Notes under the pieces: generated by a model
The model's input: only the letters and a program-made list of their open reading frames with translations
Database searches by the model: none
Told to the model about the DNA's origin: nothing
Shown here: positions 8,312-16,400 of the stretch, piece after piece
Numbering within the stretch: the first letter of the stretch is position 1
Layout: the number at the start of each line of letters is the position of its first letter
Origin: Planctomycetota bacterium
Lineage (GTDB): Bacteria > Planctomycetota > Planctomycetia > Pirellulales > Lacipirellulaceae
Reading direction: 5' to 3'
Assembly: GCA_024276705.1 (NCBI GenBank)
Contig: JAJRWS010000696.1
Location: 1-36,128 of the forward strand
DNA length: 36,128 nt
Program-made: the position numbers and the translations under genes

Positions 8312-9178
8312 TCATTTCCCGCTGATTTTTTCGGTCGCACGTATGAATTCGGGAACTTCGGCGTGTACATCGTTGAGGCCAGTGACGTATTGGAGATCAT
8401 TCATCGTTTTCTCGGTCTCCAGCATGCTGAGAGATACCTGGTCGATCTGATCAGAAATATACTCAGGCTCTTGACGATTGACGGCCAATTCGGCGAGGGA
8501 TTTAATTTTGTTTTCCAGTCGGTCGAGTTCCAGTTCGACATATTGCAGATTGGCTTGGGCACGTTGGTAGTTGTCGATTCGCCCCTCGGTGGTCCGCAAG
8601 TTATCCTCCAGGGTGCGGCGAATTTTTTCCTGGTGCGGCGAGAGTTTCTTTTCCGCAAATTTGGCAAGCTGACCTTGGAGCTTTTGTTGTTTGTGTTGCA
8701 TCTTCTCCAATGAAGTGTTCCTCAGAAATCGCTCGATCGAGTACTGAGTGAACAGCAACCGGAGAAATACCCACAGGAGTCGATCAAGGCCCTCGCGTTG
8801 TAGAGAGTCGAAGGAGGAATTGGCGCCGTCCTCTTTGTGCCGGTTCAAGTCGGCGGCGATTTCGCGTAGTTCCTGACATTGCCCGCGCAAGCGAGAAAAA
8901 CGCTGGTGAAGTCGTTTTGGCAGCGATCGCCAAATTTTATTGAGTGCTTGTTTACTCTGCTTCTTTGTCGTTTGCCGCTGCCCCTCGTTTTCCATCACGT
9001 CAATATAATTTTGAAAACGAGGATGGGTCCCTACAAAGCCCAAGTAAGCGGTTTCTCCCGCCATCACAAGCGCTACGCCTACGTCTGCCTGTCCGCTCAG
9101 CGCGGCAAAGCCGATCCCAGCGGCCACGCAGAGGAGGTTCCAAGGATTCAAAAAGGCTGCTTTGATGTACTTGATCAC
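8312..9178 (-). CDS. Membrane protein with two N-terminal TM helices and a long coiled-coil region, function unknown
   Basis: 288-aa ORF with a GTG start. LLCVAAGIGFAALSG / VGVALVMAGETAYLGFV are followed by heptad-rich sequence (QQKLQGQLAKFAEKK..LELDRLENKIKSLAELA). Confidence 0.7.
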   Translation of the reverse strand: MIKYIKAAFLNPWNLLCVAAGIGFAALSGQADVGVALVMAGETAYLGFVGTHPRFQNYIDVMENEGQRQTTKKQSKQALNKIWRSLPKRLHQRFSRLRGQCQELREIAADLNRHKEDGANSSFDSLQREGLDRLLWVFLRLLFTQYSIERFLRNTSLEKMQHKQQKLQGQLAKFAEKKLSPHQEKIRRTLEDNLRTTEGRIDNYQRAQANLQYVELELDRLENKIKSLAELAVNRQEPEYISDQIDQVSLSMLETEKTMNDLQYVTGLNDVHAEVPEFIRATEKISGK

Positions 9179-9258
9179 GTTCTCTACTAGTTGCGTTTAG
9201 CGGTTCGAGTTGATTTTCTGTTGGCTTCTGACCCATGCATTTGCAATAATCGGGCTGA

Positions 9259-9372
9259 TTCAATACTTCCAAATTGCCACTGGGCCTTACGTGGGCCAGG
9301 GCGATAAGCCGCCCGGGAACCGACGTTTTTATCTGCTAGCACGTTGCCCGGGTCGGCTTCATCGGCCATTTC
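9259..9372 (-). repeat. Interspersed hairpin repeat family C, copy 1 (reverse orientation)
   Basis: The reverse complement matches gttccaagaatggccgatgaagccgacccgggcaa..cggtttccgggcggcttatcgcc..tttggaagtactgaa. It abuts the ABC ATPase stop codon. Confidence 0.8.
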
Positions 9373-10295
9373 TACTTATGGTGATTCTCATTCTTTGCTT
9401 CGAGCGCCGAAATCAAGTCGCGTATGTGGTACACGGTTTCCTGGAATCGCGATTCGCGCTGCATTTCTTGTGCGGGACGGTCCGGAGGCTCAACCTCCAT
9501 CTCTTCCAGCAGTCTGCCTGGGGAATTGCTGAGAATATAGACTCGATCGCCCAGGTAAACCGCTTCTTCGATCGAATGCGTTACAAAAAAGACGGTCGCT
9601 TCGACTTCTCTCCAAAGAGAGACTAATAGGTCCTGCATGTTGAATCGCGTGTGGGGATCCAGGGCTCCAAACGGCTCATCCATCAAGATAATTCTCGGAC
9701 TTAGAATCAGGGTGCGGGCAATCGCCACCCGCTGCCGCATGCCGCCGGAGAGCTCATGAGGATACTTTGAATCGTCGTTTGCCACGCTAAGGCCAACTCG
9801 CTCGATCCAGTCGCGTCCCAACTCGTATCGTTCTTGCCGCGGCATGCCTAAACATTCCAGCCCAAAGCATACATTATCAAGAACGGAGCGGTGATCGAAG
9901 CTCGTGTAATCTTGAAATACCATTCCACGGTCGGCAGCGGGACCTGTTACTTGCTCTTCTAGCACCACGATTTTACCCGTTGTCGGTGGATGTTGCGGTT
10001 CGAGTCCGGCAATCAGACGTAAGATGGTGCTTTTTCCACAACCACTGGGCCCCAAGATGCAAATACATTCGCCTTTGTTGGGAAGGTCTTTGACTGTGAA
10101 GCTGACATTCTGAATCGCGGTAAAAGCATTTCGCTTGCCAGCATTGTAAGTTTTCGTAACTTCTTGAAATTCAACAACATGTTTTCCAGGAACCGACTCG
10201 GGCTCTTGGTCATGCTGAAGAACATGCCCGAGGCCAACGTTTTCCGCAGTGTCAACTGCCGGCGTGTCAGGAGTAAGATTGGTCGATTCGCTCAT
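9372..10295 (-). CDS. ABC transporter ATP-binding protein, NitT/TauT (nitrate/sulfonate/bicarbonate) type
   Basis: Walker A GPSGCGKST, signature LSGGMRQRVAIARTL, Walker B IILMDEPFGALD. Its ATGA overlaps the permease stop. Confidence 0.95.
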   Translation of the reverse strand: MSESTNLTPDTPAVDTAENVGLGHVLQHDQEPESVPGKHVVEFQEVTKTYNAGKRNAFTAIQNVSFTVKDLPNKGECICILGPSGCGKSTILRLIAGLEPQHPPTTGKIVVLEEQVTGPAADRGMVFQDYTSFDHRSVLDNVCFGLECLGMPRQERYELGRDWIERVGLSVANDDSKYPHELSGGMRQRVAIARTLILSPRIILMDEPFGALDPHTRFNMQDLLVSLWREVEATVFFVTHSIEEAVYLGDRVYILSNSPGRLLEEMEVEPPDRPAQEMQRESRFQETVYHIRDLISALEAKNENHHK

Positions 10296-11269
10296 CGTTT
10301 GGATCGAAACTTCTCAAGCTGAGTGTTGCGTCGAAAGAAAAGCCCCTTCGCATCCTCCCATTGGTGAACGACGGCTCGCATCAAACGATGGAAGATGCCG
10401 GCACTACCGTAACGGTAAGGAAACAACTCTCGCTGGATCCAAAACAAGATACGATCGACGGCTAATGCAATGACTGGAATGATCAGGATGATCAGATAGA
10501 TGTGCTCGCGAGGGCCCCGTTTTTGCGAGACATTGATTAAGTTTCCCAAACCGCCTTCTTCACTACCGAAGCGGATTAACTCTGCCAGCATGATGTAGCC
10601 AAAGGCTAAGCCAAACAATAGTCGGGCGGAGTTGAAAATCGCAGGCATCGCGAGCGGCACCAGAACTTTCATGATTACTTGCCAGCGGTTGGCTCCCAGG
10701 GTGTAGGCCGTGTCGATATACCGTGAACTTACATCAGCGATCGAGTCGGCCGCATCCGCCAGAATGAAAGCCGCCGTGGCAATGAAGATGAACATTACCT
10801 TCTGCGTTTCACCAATACCGAAGAAAAAGAAAGTGAGCGGGATCAACGCCGCGAGCGGAATGTTACGCCCAAATAGGATCAAAGGGGATAAAAATGCTTT
10901 GATGGGAGCAAAACAACCGGCCAATACTCCCAGTGGTACGCCGATCGCAAGCGCCAAAGCAAATCCCAAAGCCACTCGGCGCAAAGTAACCCACGTATTG
11001 CGAGTCAACGCACGATCGAACCACAGCGAGTGAAAGCTGGCGAAAGTTTCCGAGGGACTTGGCAGCGCGGTAGGGCTAATGATGCGATCTTCAGCTTGCT
11101 CGCCGTTGGTAAAAAACCACCACAAGCCGAAACAAATGGCGAGACATGTTACACTCAGAAAAAAACCGAGCCAGGGGTTGATTGGCGCACGAATCCTGAG
11201 CCACTTTTGCGTAAGTGGTGTCGATGGCGGAATTGTTTCTTTAGCCGGATCGACCATCGTTGTGTGCAC
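10292..11269 (-). CDS. ABC transporter permease, NitT/TauT family
   Basis: Multi-TM protein with the BPD_transp_1-like EAA region (DTAYTLGANRWQVIMKVLVPLAMPAI). GTG start at 11269; an alternative ATG lies at 11257. Confidence 0.9.
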   Translation of the reverse strand: MHTTMVDPAKETIPPSTPLTQKWLRIRAPINPWLGFFLSVTCLAICFGLWWFFTNGEQAEDRIISPTALPSPSETFASFHSLWFDRALTRNTWVTLRRVALGFALALAIGVPLGVLAGCFAPIKAFLSPLILFGRNIPLAALIPLTFFFFGIGETQKVMFIFIATAAFILADAADSIADVSSRYIDTAYTLGANRWQVIMKVLVPLAMPAIFNSARLLFGLAFGYIMLAELIRFGSEEGGLGNLINVSQKRGPREHIYLIILIIPVIALAVDRILFWIQRELFPYRYGSAGIFHRLMRAVVHQWEDAKGLFFRRNTQLEKFRSKR

Positions 11270-11271
11270 GA

Positions 11272-13017
11272 TTAAGGTTGCGCTTCGGCAGGGTAGACTT
11301 TGATTTCAACTCGTCGGTTTTGAGCGTGGTTCAAGGGGTCCTCGCTGTTGGCCGGCCTGGCCCAACCGATACCGTCGACGTTTAACTGGTTGGGATCAAG
11401 ATTGTATTTTTCCACCAAAGCTTGCTTCACGGCACCTGCCCGATTTCCAGAGAGCTCCTTCACAAGAGATTCCGGCACGGATCCTTTCATCGAAGAGTCG
11501 GTGTGACCTTCGATGATGATGCGTGCCGTGCCAAACTGCCCAGCAAGCTTTGCGATTTCTTCCAACACGTTTTGGACGTTGGGATCGTAAAGTACGCCGA
11601 TCTCTTTGCCGTCTTCGCTTTTAGTGATCATTTTCTCCAGTTCCCAACTATTGGGATAGAAGTGAATCACCACCGTATTGGTGAGAATTTCTTCCGCACC
11701 ACGGACTTCCGTGGTCGACTTGGGGACGAAGCTTACCGTGTATTCGTTCTCTTGCGAAGAATATTTTTCTTCTCGGCCAAGTTTTTCAATCACTGAAAAA
11801 TCAACCACTTGATCGAAAGGAACCCGTTGGTGGCTGACCTTATTAATGCGCGAATAAAGATAGTAGGCCTGGTTCCATACACGCTCAAAGTTGGTCGGGT
11901 TATTTTTATTCAGGAAGAACTGGTAGTTCTCAGCCCAGTTCGTACTGTGGGCGTCCGCCAGCATGCTGAGCGTCTCACCCGCGGGGATGTTGTAGCCTGC
12001 TGCCATGAGCTCCGCCACCTCTTGCTTGCTGCTGTCCTTTTTCAGGTCGACCATTGCATCGAAGATGCCGCGAACCAGGCCTTCGATGATTCCCGGATGG
12101 TCCTCCGCAAAATCAGCACGCGCAAACCACACATCGGCAATCAGCTTGTTTGCGGTAGTCGTGTCGACCAACATCTTATTGCCTTGCACTTCGGATAGCG
12201 TATAAATGTCGGGGGCCCAAGACACGGCAGCCGCCATTTCGTGTTGAGAGTTGAACGCTGCCGCAGCCTGGAATGCATCGCTGGTAAAGACCATGTTGAC
12301 TTCACTTGGTTGGACGCCTGCCGCTACAAGCATATTGAGCAGGAAGTATTGTGAGGGGGAATTTTCAGCCAATACGACCGTCTGGCCGCGCAAATCCCGT
12401 ACCGTGTCGATGCGATTGCGAGCCACGATGCCGTCTCCACCATTCGACCAGTCGACCTGCTGGTAAATGCGCGGCATGACGCTGCTATCACGTGGGCGAC
12501 CCGAGCGGTCGACAAAGCCTTCCAGCAAGAGGGGCACCATGTCGAGCGTGGCCCAACCGATGTGTATTTCGCCGGCGGCATACGCATCGCGCATTTGCAC
12601 CGGGTCGTCGATCAATACCAGTTCCACCTTAAACTCCTGGCCGTCGGGAGTCCGCCATACTTTGTCGGCACGGAAACCGCTGTTGGCATAAATGATTGGC
12701 GACCAGCCAGCCCACACATTGAGTGCGAACTTCACGGTATTATCTTCCATTTGCGAATAAGCCGCGGTGCCCTTGACTTCAGGCAGACGCTCCGAAGGCT
12801 TAAACGTGTATTCTTTCACCGTAGTGATGCCAGCCGTGTCTGGAGCTTCCGCTGCGTCTTGATCGCCCAAACCGAGCTGGCCGGGGTCGATCTTTTGAGC
12901 GACGTCCTTAGCTCCTTTGGGAGCAAGGAGGTCGCTGCGGAAGACGGCAAAAGCCACCAAAGCCGCAATAACACCCAGGACGGCTAGATAGAAAACAGGA
13001 GTCGGCTTACCAGGCAT
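11272..13017 (-). CDS. Membrane-anchored NMT1/TauA-like substrate-binding protein fused to a C-terminal OmpA-like peptidoglycan-binding domain
   Basis: N-terminal TM (VFYLAVLGVIAALVAFAVF), a periplasmic binding-protein-like core, and the C-terminus IIIEGHTDSS..LSGNRAGAVKQALVEKY..NRRVEIKVY (OmpA_C motif). Confidence 0.85.
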   Translation of the reverse strand: MPGKPTPVFYLAVLGVIAALVAFAVFRSDLLAPKGAKDVAQKIDPGQLGLGDQDAAEAPDTAGITTVKEYTFKPSERLPEVKGTAAYSQMEDNTVKFALNVWAGWSPIIYANSGFRADKVWRTPDGQEFKVELVLIDDPVQMRDAYAAGEIHIGWATLDMVPLLLEGFVDRSGRPRDSSVMPRIYQQVDWSNGGDGIVARNRIDTVRDLRGQTVVLAENSPSQYFLLNMLVAAGVQPSEVNMVFTSDAFQAAAAFNSQHEMAAAVSWAPDIYTLSEVQGNKMLVDTTTANKLIADVWFARADFAEDHPGIIEGLVRGIFDAMVDLKKDSSKQEVAELMAAGYNIPAGETLSMLADAHSTNWAENYQFFLNKNNPTNFERVWNQAYYLYSRINKVSHQRVPFDQVVDFSVIEKLGREEKYSSQENEYTVSFVPKSTTEVRGAEEILTNTVVIHFYPNSWELEKMITKSEDGKEIGVLYDPNVQNVLEEIAKLAGQFGTARIIIEGHTDSSMKGSVPESLVKELSGNRAGAVKQALVEKYNLDPNQLNVDGIGWARPANSEDPLNHAQNRRVEIKVYPAEAQP

Positions 13018-13050
13018 GAGGATTCCCCCAAATGTTTGACAAACACAATC

Positions 13051-13170
13051 GTTCCAAGAATGGCCGATGAAGCCGACCCGGGCAATGTGCTAGTGGTTAA
13101 AAACGTCGGTTTCCGGGCGGCTTATCGCCCTGCCCCACGTAGGGCAAAGCGGAAATTTGGAAGTACTGAA
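13051..13170 (+). repeat. Interspersed hairpin repeat family C, copy 2
   Basis: gttccaagaatggccgatgaagccgacccgggcaatgtgc..cggtttccgggcggcttatcgccc..ggaaatttggaagtactgaa, 34 nt upstream of the binding-protein start. Confidence 0.8.
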
Positions 13171-13210
13171 ACAATGTTTGTTAGGCGAGAGGCTTAGCTC
13201 TCCCGAATAT

Positions 13211-13501
13211 TTAACCGCGAAACTGAACTTTAGGCCGTTCTTCCATCATCGACTGCAGTACCTGCATGTAGTTGAATGCCGATAACTCGCATAGCAGGTC
13301 GGTGATTTTCTCATGCAAAGTATCGTCAAGTTGAGGCTCGATTTCCTTCATCAACTGAACCACTCGTTTTTCCTGCGACGACAGCTCCCCTTGGTCGATC
13401 CTGCCGTCGGCCATTGCTTCGACAAACGGAACAAGTTGTTTCGCATAGTCGTCGATTTTGGTGCTTTCGGCTTTTTCATCAAGCCAACCCTTGCGTGCCA
13501 T
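13211..13501 (-). CDS. 96-aa all-helical acidic protein, third gene of the PspA-AAA+ operon
   Basis: A perfect AAGGAG lies 7 nt upstream of the ATG, 27 nt after the AAA+ stop. VEAMADGRIDQGELSSQEKRVVQLM resembles an EF-hand/TerB-like ADGxIDxxE motif (weak). Confidence 0.75.
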   Translation of the reverse strand: MARKGWLDEKAESTKIDDYAKQLVPFVEAMADGRIDQGELSSQEKRVVQLMKEIEPQLDDTLHEKITDLLCELSAFNYMQVLQSMMEERPKVQFRG

Positions 13502-13528
13502 ACGAGTACTCCTTAGTTTGTTCAGGCT

Positions 13529-15358
13529 CTAAGTATCCAGTATTTGCTTCATCCTTGCCAGACGTTGGCGGAGTTGTCCGACTCCTTCGGGCTTGTCGAT
13601 ACGCTCAATCCATTCGGCTGGCAAGAAGTTGCGGTCGGTGCATTCCAGTACGGCGGCCACTTCTTGCATCTCTTTTTCAATGCCCTGTGCCGAGGGAATA
13701 AACATCGCAATCGCAGTATTTAAATCGTCGGACTCGACGCTTTCACGCCCCTCGGACAATACCGAACGACGAGCGGAAAGCAAGATGCTCTCGACATCCG
13801 CACCGCTCAATTTCTTTCCTTGAAATTCCTTGGGGATAGCATCATCGGCCAGTGGTATTTTGTTTTTCTTCGCCATGACCTCAAACATCTTGGTGAGCTC
13901 TTCGGCATCTTCCGGGTAGAACAAGGGGATATGCACTTCGGCCCGGCCTTGACGTTTGAGATCGATCGGCAATAAATCGGGGCGGCTAGTGAGTAACATC
14001 CAGACGATGCGTCCGCGGTATTTTGTGTCGCCCATTTGGCTGGCAATCATGGAAAATATGCGTGATGACGTTCCCGAGTCGCCATCGCTCTGGCGATTGC
14101 CCAAAGCAGCGTCCGCTTCGTCGATGATAACCACGACAGGACCGAGAGAGCGCAGGACGGTGAGGACTTGCTGCAGATTGCCCTCCGTCTCACCCACATA
14201 TTTTGAACGGAAATTACTGAGGGTTACGCAGGGAATCCCAATCGATCCGGCATAACATTCCGCGAGAAACGTTTTTCCCGTGCCCACCGGCCCGCATACC
14301 AGGTAGCCCATGGGCGAAACATCGAGACGCCCGCGACTCATCCAGGCGGCGTCCTGGCGGAGTCGTTCTTTCGCCGCTTCATGGCCGACAACCATGTCGA
14401 GGGTATGGCTGGGTTCGACAAAATTGACCAACGACTGGCAACGTCGTTCGATCATCGATTTCTTGAGCCGGCGAAAACGCGACTCGTCGAGCTGAATCTC
14501 GCCCTCTTTGGCACGTGACAGGGCAAAGCTGAGATCAATCAGGTTCAAGCCACTCGACAGCCTGGCCAGGCCTTCATGGCTGAGACCGGCGAGGGCGGAT
14601 TTTTCCGTGCTGGGCACCTGAGATTCGAGATACTCGCGACGTGTGTTTTCGTCGGGAAGTGGGATTTCGATCGTCGCCACGTGTGGGTTCTGCACGAGTC
14701 GGTCGTTGACTTCCCCCAAACGGTCCGCCAGCAGGCAAAATGCCATGTTCACGCGTTTGATGTACGGATTCTGTGCCCAAGAAAGCAAACGGACCAAACG
14801 CGACGCATCTCCGCGCGCCAGTGCCGAAAGATCACCCGCAGGAATCAGGTACTGAGCGTAGTGAAACAGGAACGCCATGCGACTCCGGTCGGCGGCATCC
14901 CCTTCCAGCAAGTTGCGTTGGATCGAGCGGTCGAGCAATGACAAGACTTTGTCCGAATCGCGTGGCCACGTGGCGGGGTTCCCCATCGAACCCGAGACGC
15001 TCCCCACCATCTGCTGGAGGCGAGCGGAGTCCGCCCCCCCCTCAAGCCGCAATCCCCGGCCAAGATCATACGAGAGGACAACTTCCCAAGAACCAAATAA
15101 ATGCTGTGCTAAAAACTCGGCTAACGTGCAATACTCGATGTTGTCGCCCTTCTTAATCGGGACCAGATCGTGAACGTTGCCATGCACGACAAACAGACAA
15201 GTGCTGCCACTGAAGTAAAGAGCGGCGAGTTCCTTAGCCCACGCGGGAAACCAAGCGGGCACCGCCTGGCCGCTGTCCAAAAGATCGCTCAAGCCATCGT
15301 ATCCTGGGGGATCCCCAGCGGAGGGATCGTTGCTCGAATTGGCGGCTCTGGCTGGCAC
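13529..15358 (-). CDS. AAA+ ATPase, classic clade, with a ~330-aa N-terminal region of unknown type
   Basis: Walker A GPVGTGKT, Walker B VVVIIDEAD, SRH-like TSRPDLLPIDLKRQGRAEVHIPL. GTG start 3 nt after the pspA stop. No GAFTGA loop or C-terminal HTH, so it is not PspF-like. Confidence 0.9.
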   Translation of the reverse strand: MPARAANSSNDPSAGDPPGYDGLSDLLDSGQAVPAWFPAWAKELAALYFSGSTCLFVVHGNVHDLVPIKKGDNIEYCTLAEFLAQHLFGSWEVVLSYDLGRGLRLEGGADSARLQQMVGSVSGSMGNPATWPRDSDKVLSLLDRSIQRNLLEGDAADRSRMAFLFHYAQYLIPAGDLSALARGDASRLVRLLSWAQNPYIKRVNMAFCLLADRLGEVNDRLVQNPHVATIEIPLPDENTRREYLESQVPSTEKSALAGLSHEGLARLSSGLNLIDLSFALSRAKEGEIQLDESRFRRLKKSMIERRCQSLVNFVEPSHTLDMVVGHEAAKERLRQDAAWMSRGRLDVSPMGYLVCGPVGTGKTFLAECYAGSIGIPCVTLSNFRSKYVGETEGNLQQVLTVLRSLGPVVVIIDEADAALGNRQSDGDSGTSSRIFSMIASQMGDTKYRGRIVWMLLTSRPDLLPIDLKRQGRAEVHIPLFYPEDAEELTKMFEVMAKKNKIPLADDAIPKEFQGKKLSGADVESILLSARRSVLSEGRESVESDDLNTAIAMFIPSAQGIEKEMQEVAAVLECTDRNFLPAEWIERIDKPEGVGQLRQRLARMKQILDT

Positions 15359-15361
15359 GGA

Positions 15362-16120
15362 CTAAGACCCTTGTTCGGTTATTTCTTGCTTGCTGGAAGG
15401 ACCCAGTTGTTTGACTCCGTCCTCGACCCCAGCAGTTTCAGGTGTCACCAAACCCATTTGTATTTCGAATTCACGCAGCGCATCGTCGGCCAATACGGCT
15501 TCCATGGCATCCTCTCGTTCAATATCCTCGATGCCTTCTTCGGAGAGGTCGGAGCTTACTCTCACTTTGGCACGGTTGAGCCCAATTTTATCTTGAATGA
15601 CTTGCTCGATTTGGCCAAAGTCGGTGGTTACGTCAAACTCGAAGCTTCTGGCCAACTCCGCCATCTCCGCTTCGGCACGGCTCATTTTTAACTCGGCATC
15701 GTACCTGGCAATTTTGTCGCGAATCTTGGCCAGTTTCTTACTCGCGTGTTTGATTTTCCGCACGTTGTTTTCGTACGAATTTTCGTGCATTTCAAGTTGC
15801 GTCTGATTCTCAGCCAACTCATTTTTTGACTTTTGCAGTTCCAAAGCGAACTTCGCGGCGGTTTCTCGATCACCGGCTTGCAGATAAGCTTTTACTTTGG
15901 CTGCGAGCTTGTTGACACGCTTTTTGTCGCCCGCAACCTGACGCAGTACGCGCTCAACTAAAGCACGATATTGTTCAAGACCTTGTCGCCCCGTTTTCAT
16001 TTCTTCCACGGCCGAATCGTACTCATATTGCATCTGAGCAATAGGATCGGCAGTCCAGAAGTAATTTGCCAGCTTGTTCAGCTGTGCTCGAAAGGAACGC
16101 CAAAGCTTGCCGATGATCAT
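15362..16120 (-). CDS. pspA: PspA/IM30/Vipp1-family protein (bacterial ESCRT-III superfamily)
   Basis: The internal ATG at 16120 is preceded by GGAGAG. MIIGKLWRSFRAQLNKLANYFWTADPIAQMQYEYDSAVEEMK.. has the typical PspA N-terminus and coiled-coil hairpin. A ~60-aa acidic C-terminal extension follows. The upstream part of the 326-aa ORF looks non-coding. Confidence 0.85.
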   Translation of the reverse strand: MIIGKLWRSFRAQLNKLANYFWTADPIAQMQYEYDSAVEEMKTGRQGLEQYRALVERVLRQVAGDKKRVNKLAAKVKAYLQAGDRETAAKFALELQKSKNELAENQTQLEMHENSYENNVRKIKHASKKLAKIRDKIARYDAELKMSRAEAEMAELARSFEFDVTTDFGQIEQVIQDKIGLNRAKVRVSSDLSEEGIEDIEREDAMEAVLADDALREFEIQMGLVTPETAGVEDGVKQLGPSSKQEITEQGS

Positions 16121-16285
16121 GGGACTCTCCAGAAGAGAAGCGTAAAGGGGGAGGTGGCTGCTACGCCACTCCCCGTCTTTTCTATCGCACCAGGAACGTG
16201 TTGTCAAACCTTCTCGCCGTAACCCAGAAGCGAAAGCATCGTCTGGTGTATAGCGACAATTATTTCTTTCGGCCGTAAGGATCCC

Positions 16286-16400
16286 ATGGAGGAAGTTTGG
16301 CCAAAGATCCAAAAGATGCTGGAAGAGAATCCAGGGCTTCAAGCAACGACGCTGCTTGACTGGCTTAAACGAGAAAGTTCAGACAAGTACGATGATAACC
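16286..16400 (+). pseudogene. Short fragment resembling the N-terminus of an IS21-like/rve-type transposase
   Basis: EEVWPKIQKMLEENPGLQATTLLDWLKRE resembles the HTH start of planctomycetal IS21-like transposases as I recall them. No catalytic region follows. Confidence 0.3.

Noticed and set aside
9187-9369. Small ORFs beginning MADEADPGNV (also within 25967-26251)
   Set aside because: They are translations of hairpin repeat family C in intergenic positions.
15362-16342. Full 326-aa version of the PspA ORF
   Set aside because: The first 74 codons lack PspA similarity. The internal ATG at 16120 has a GGAGAG RBS and gives the canonical PspA N-terminus.
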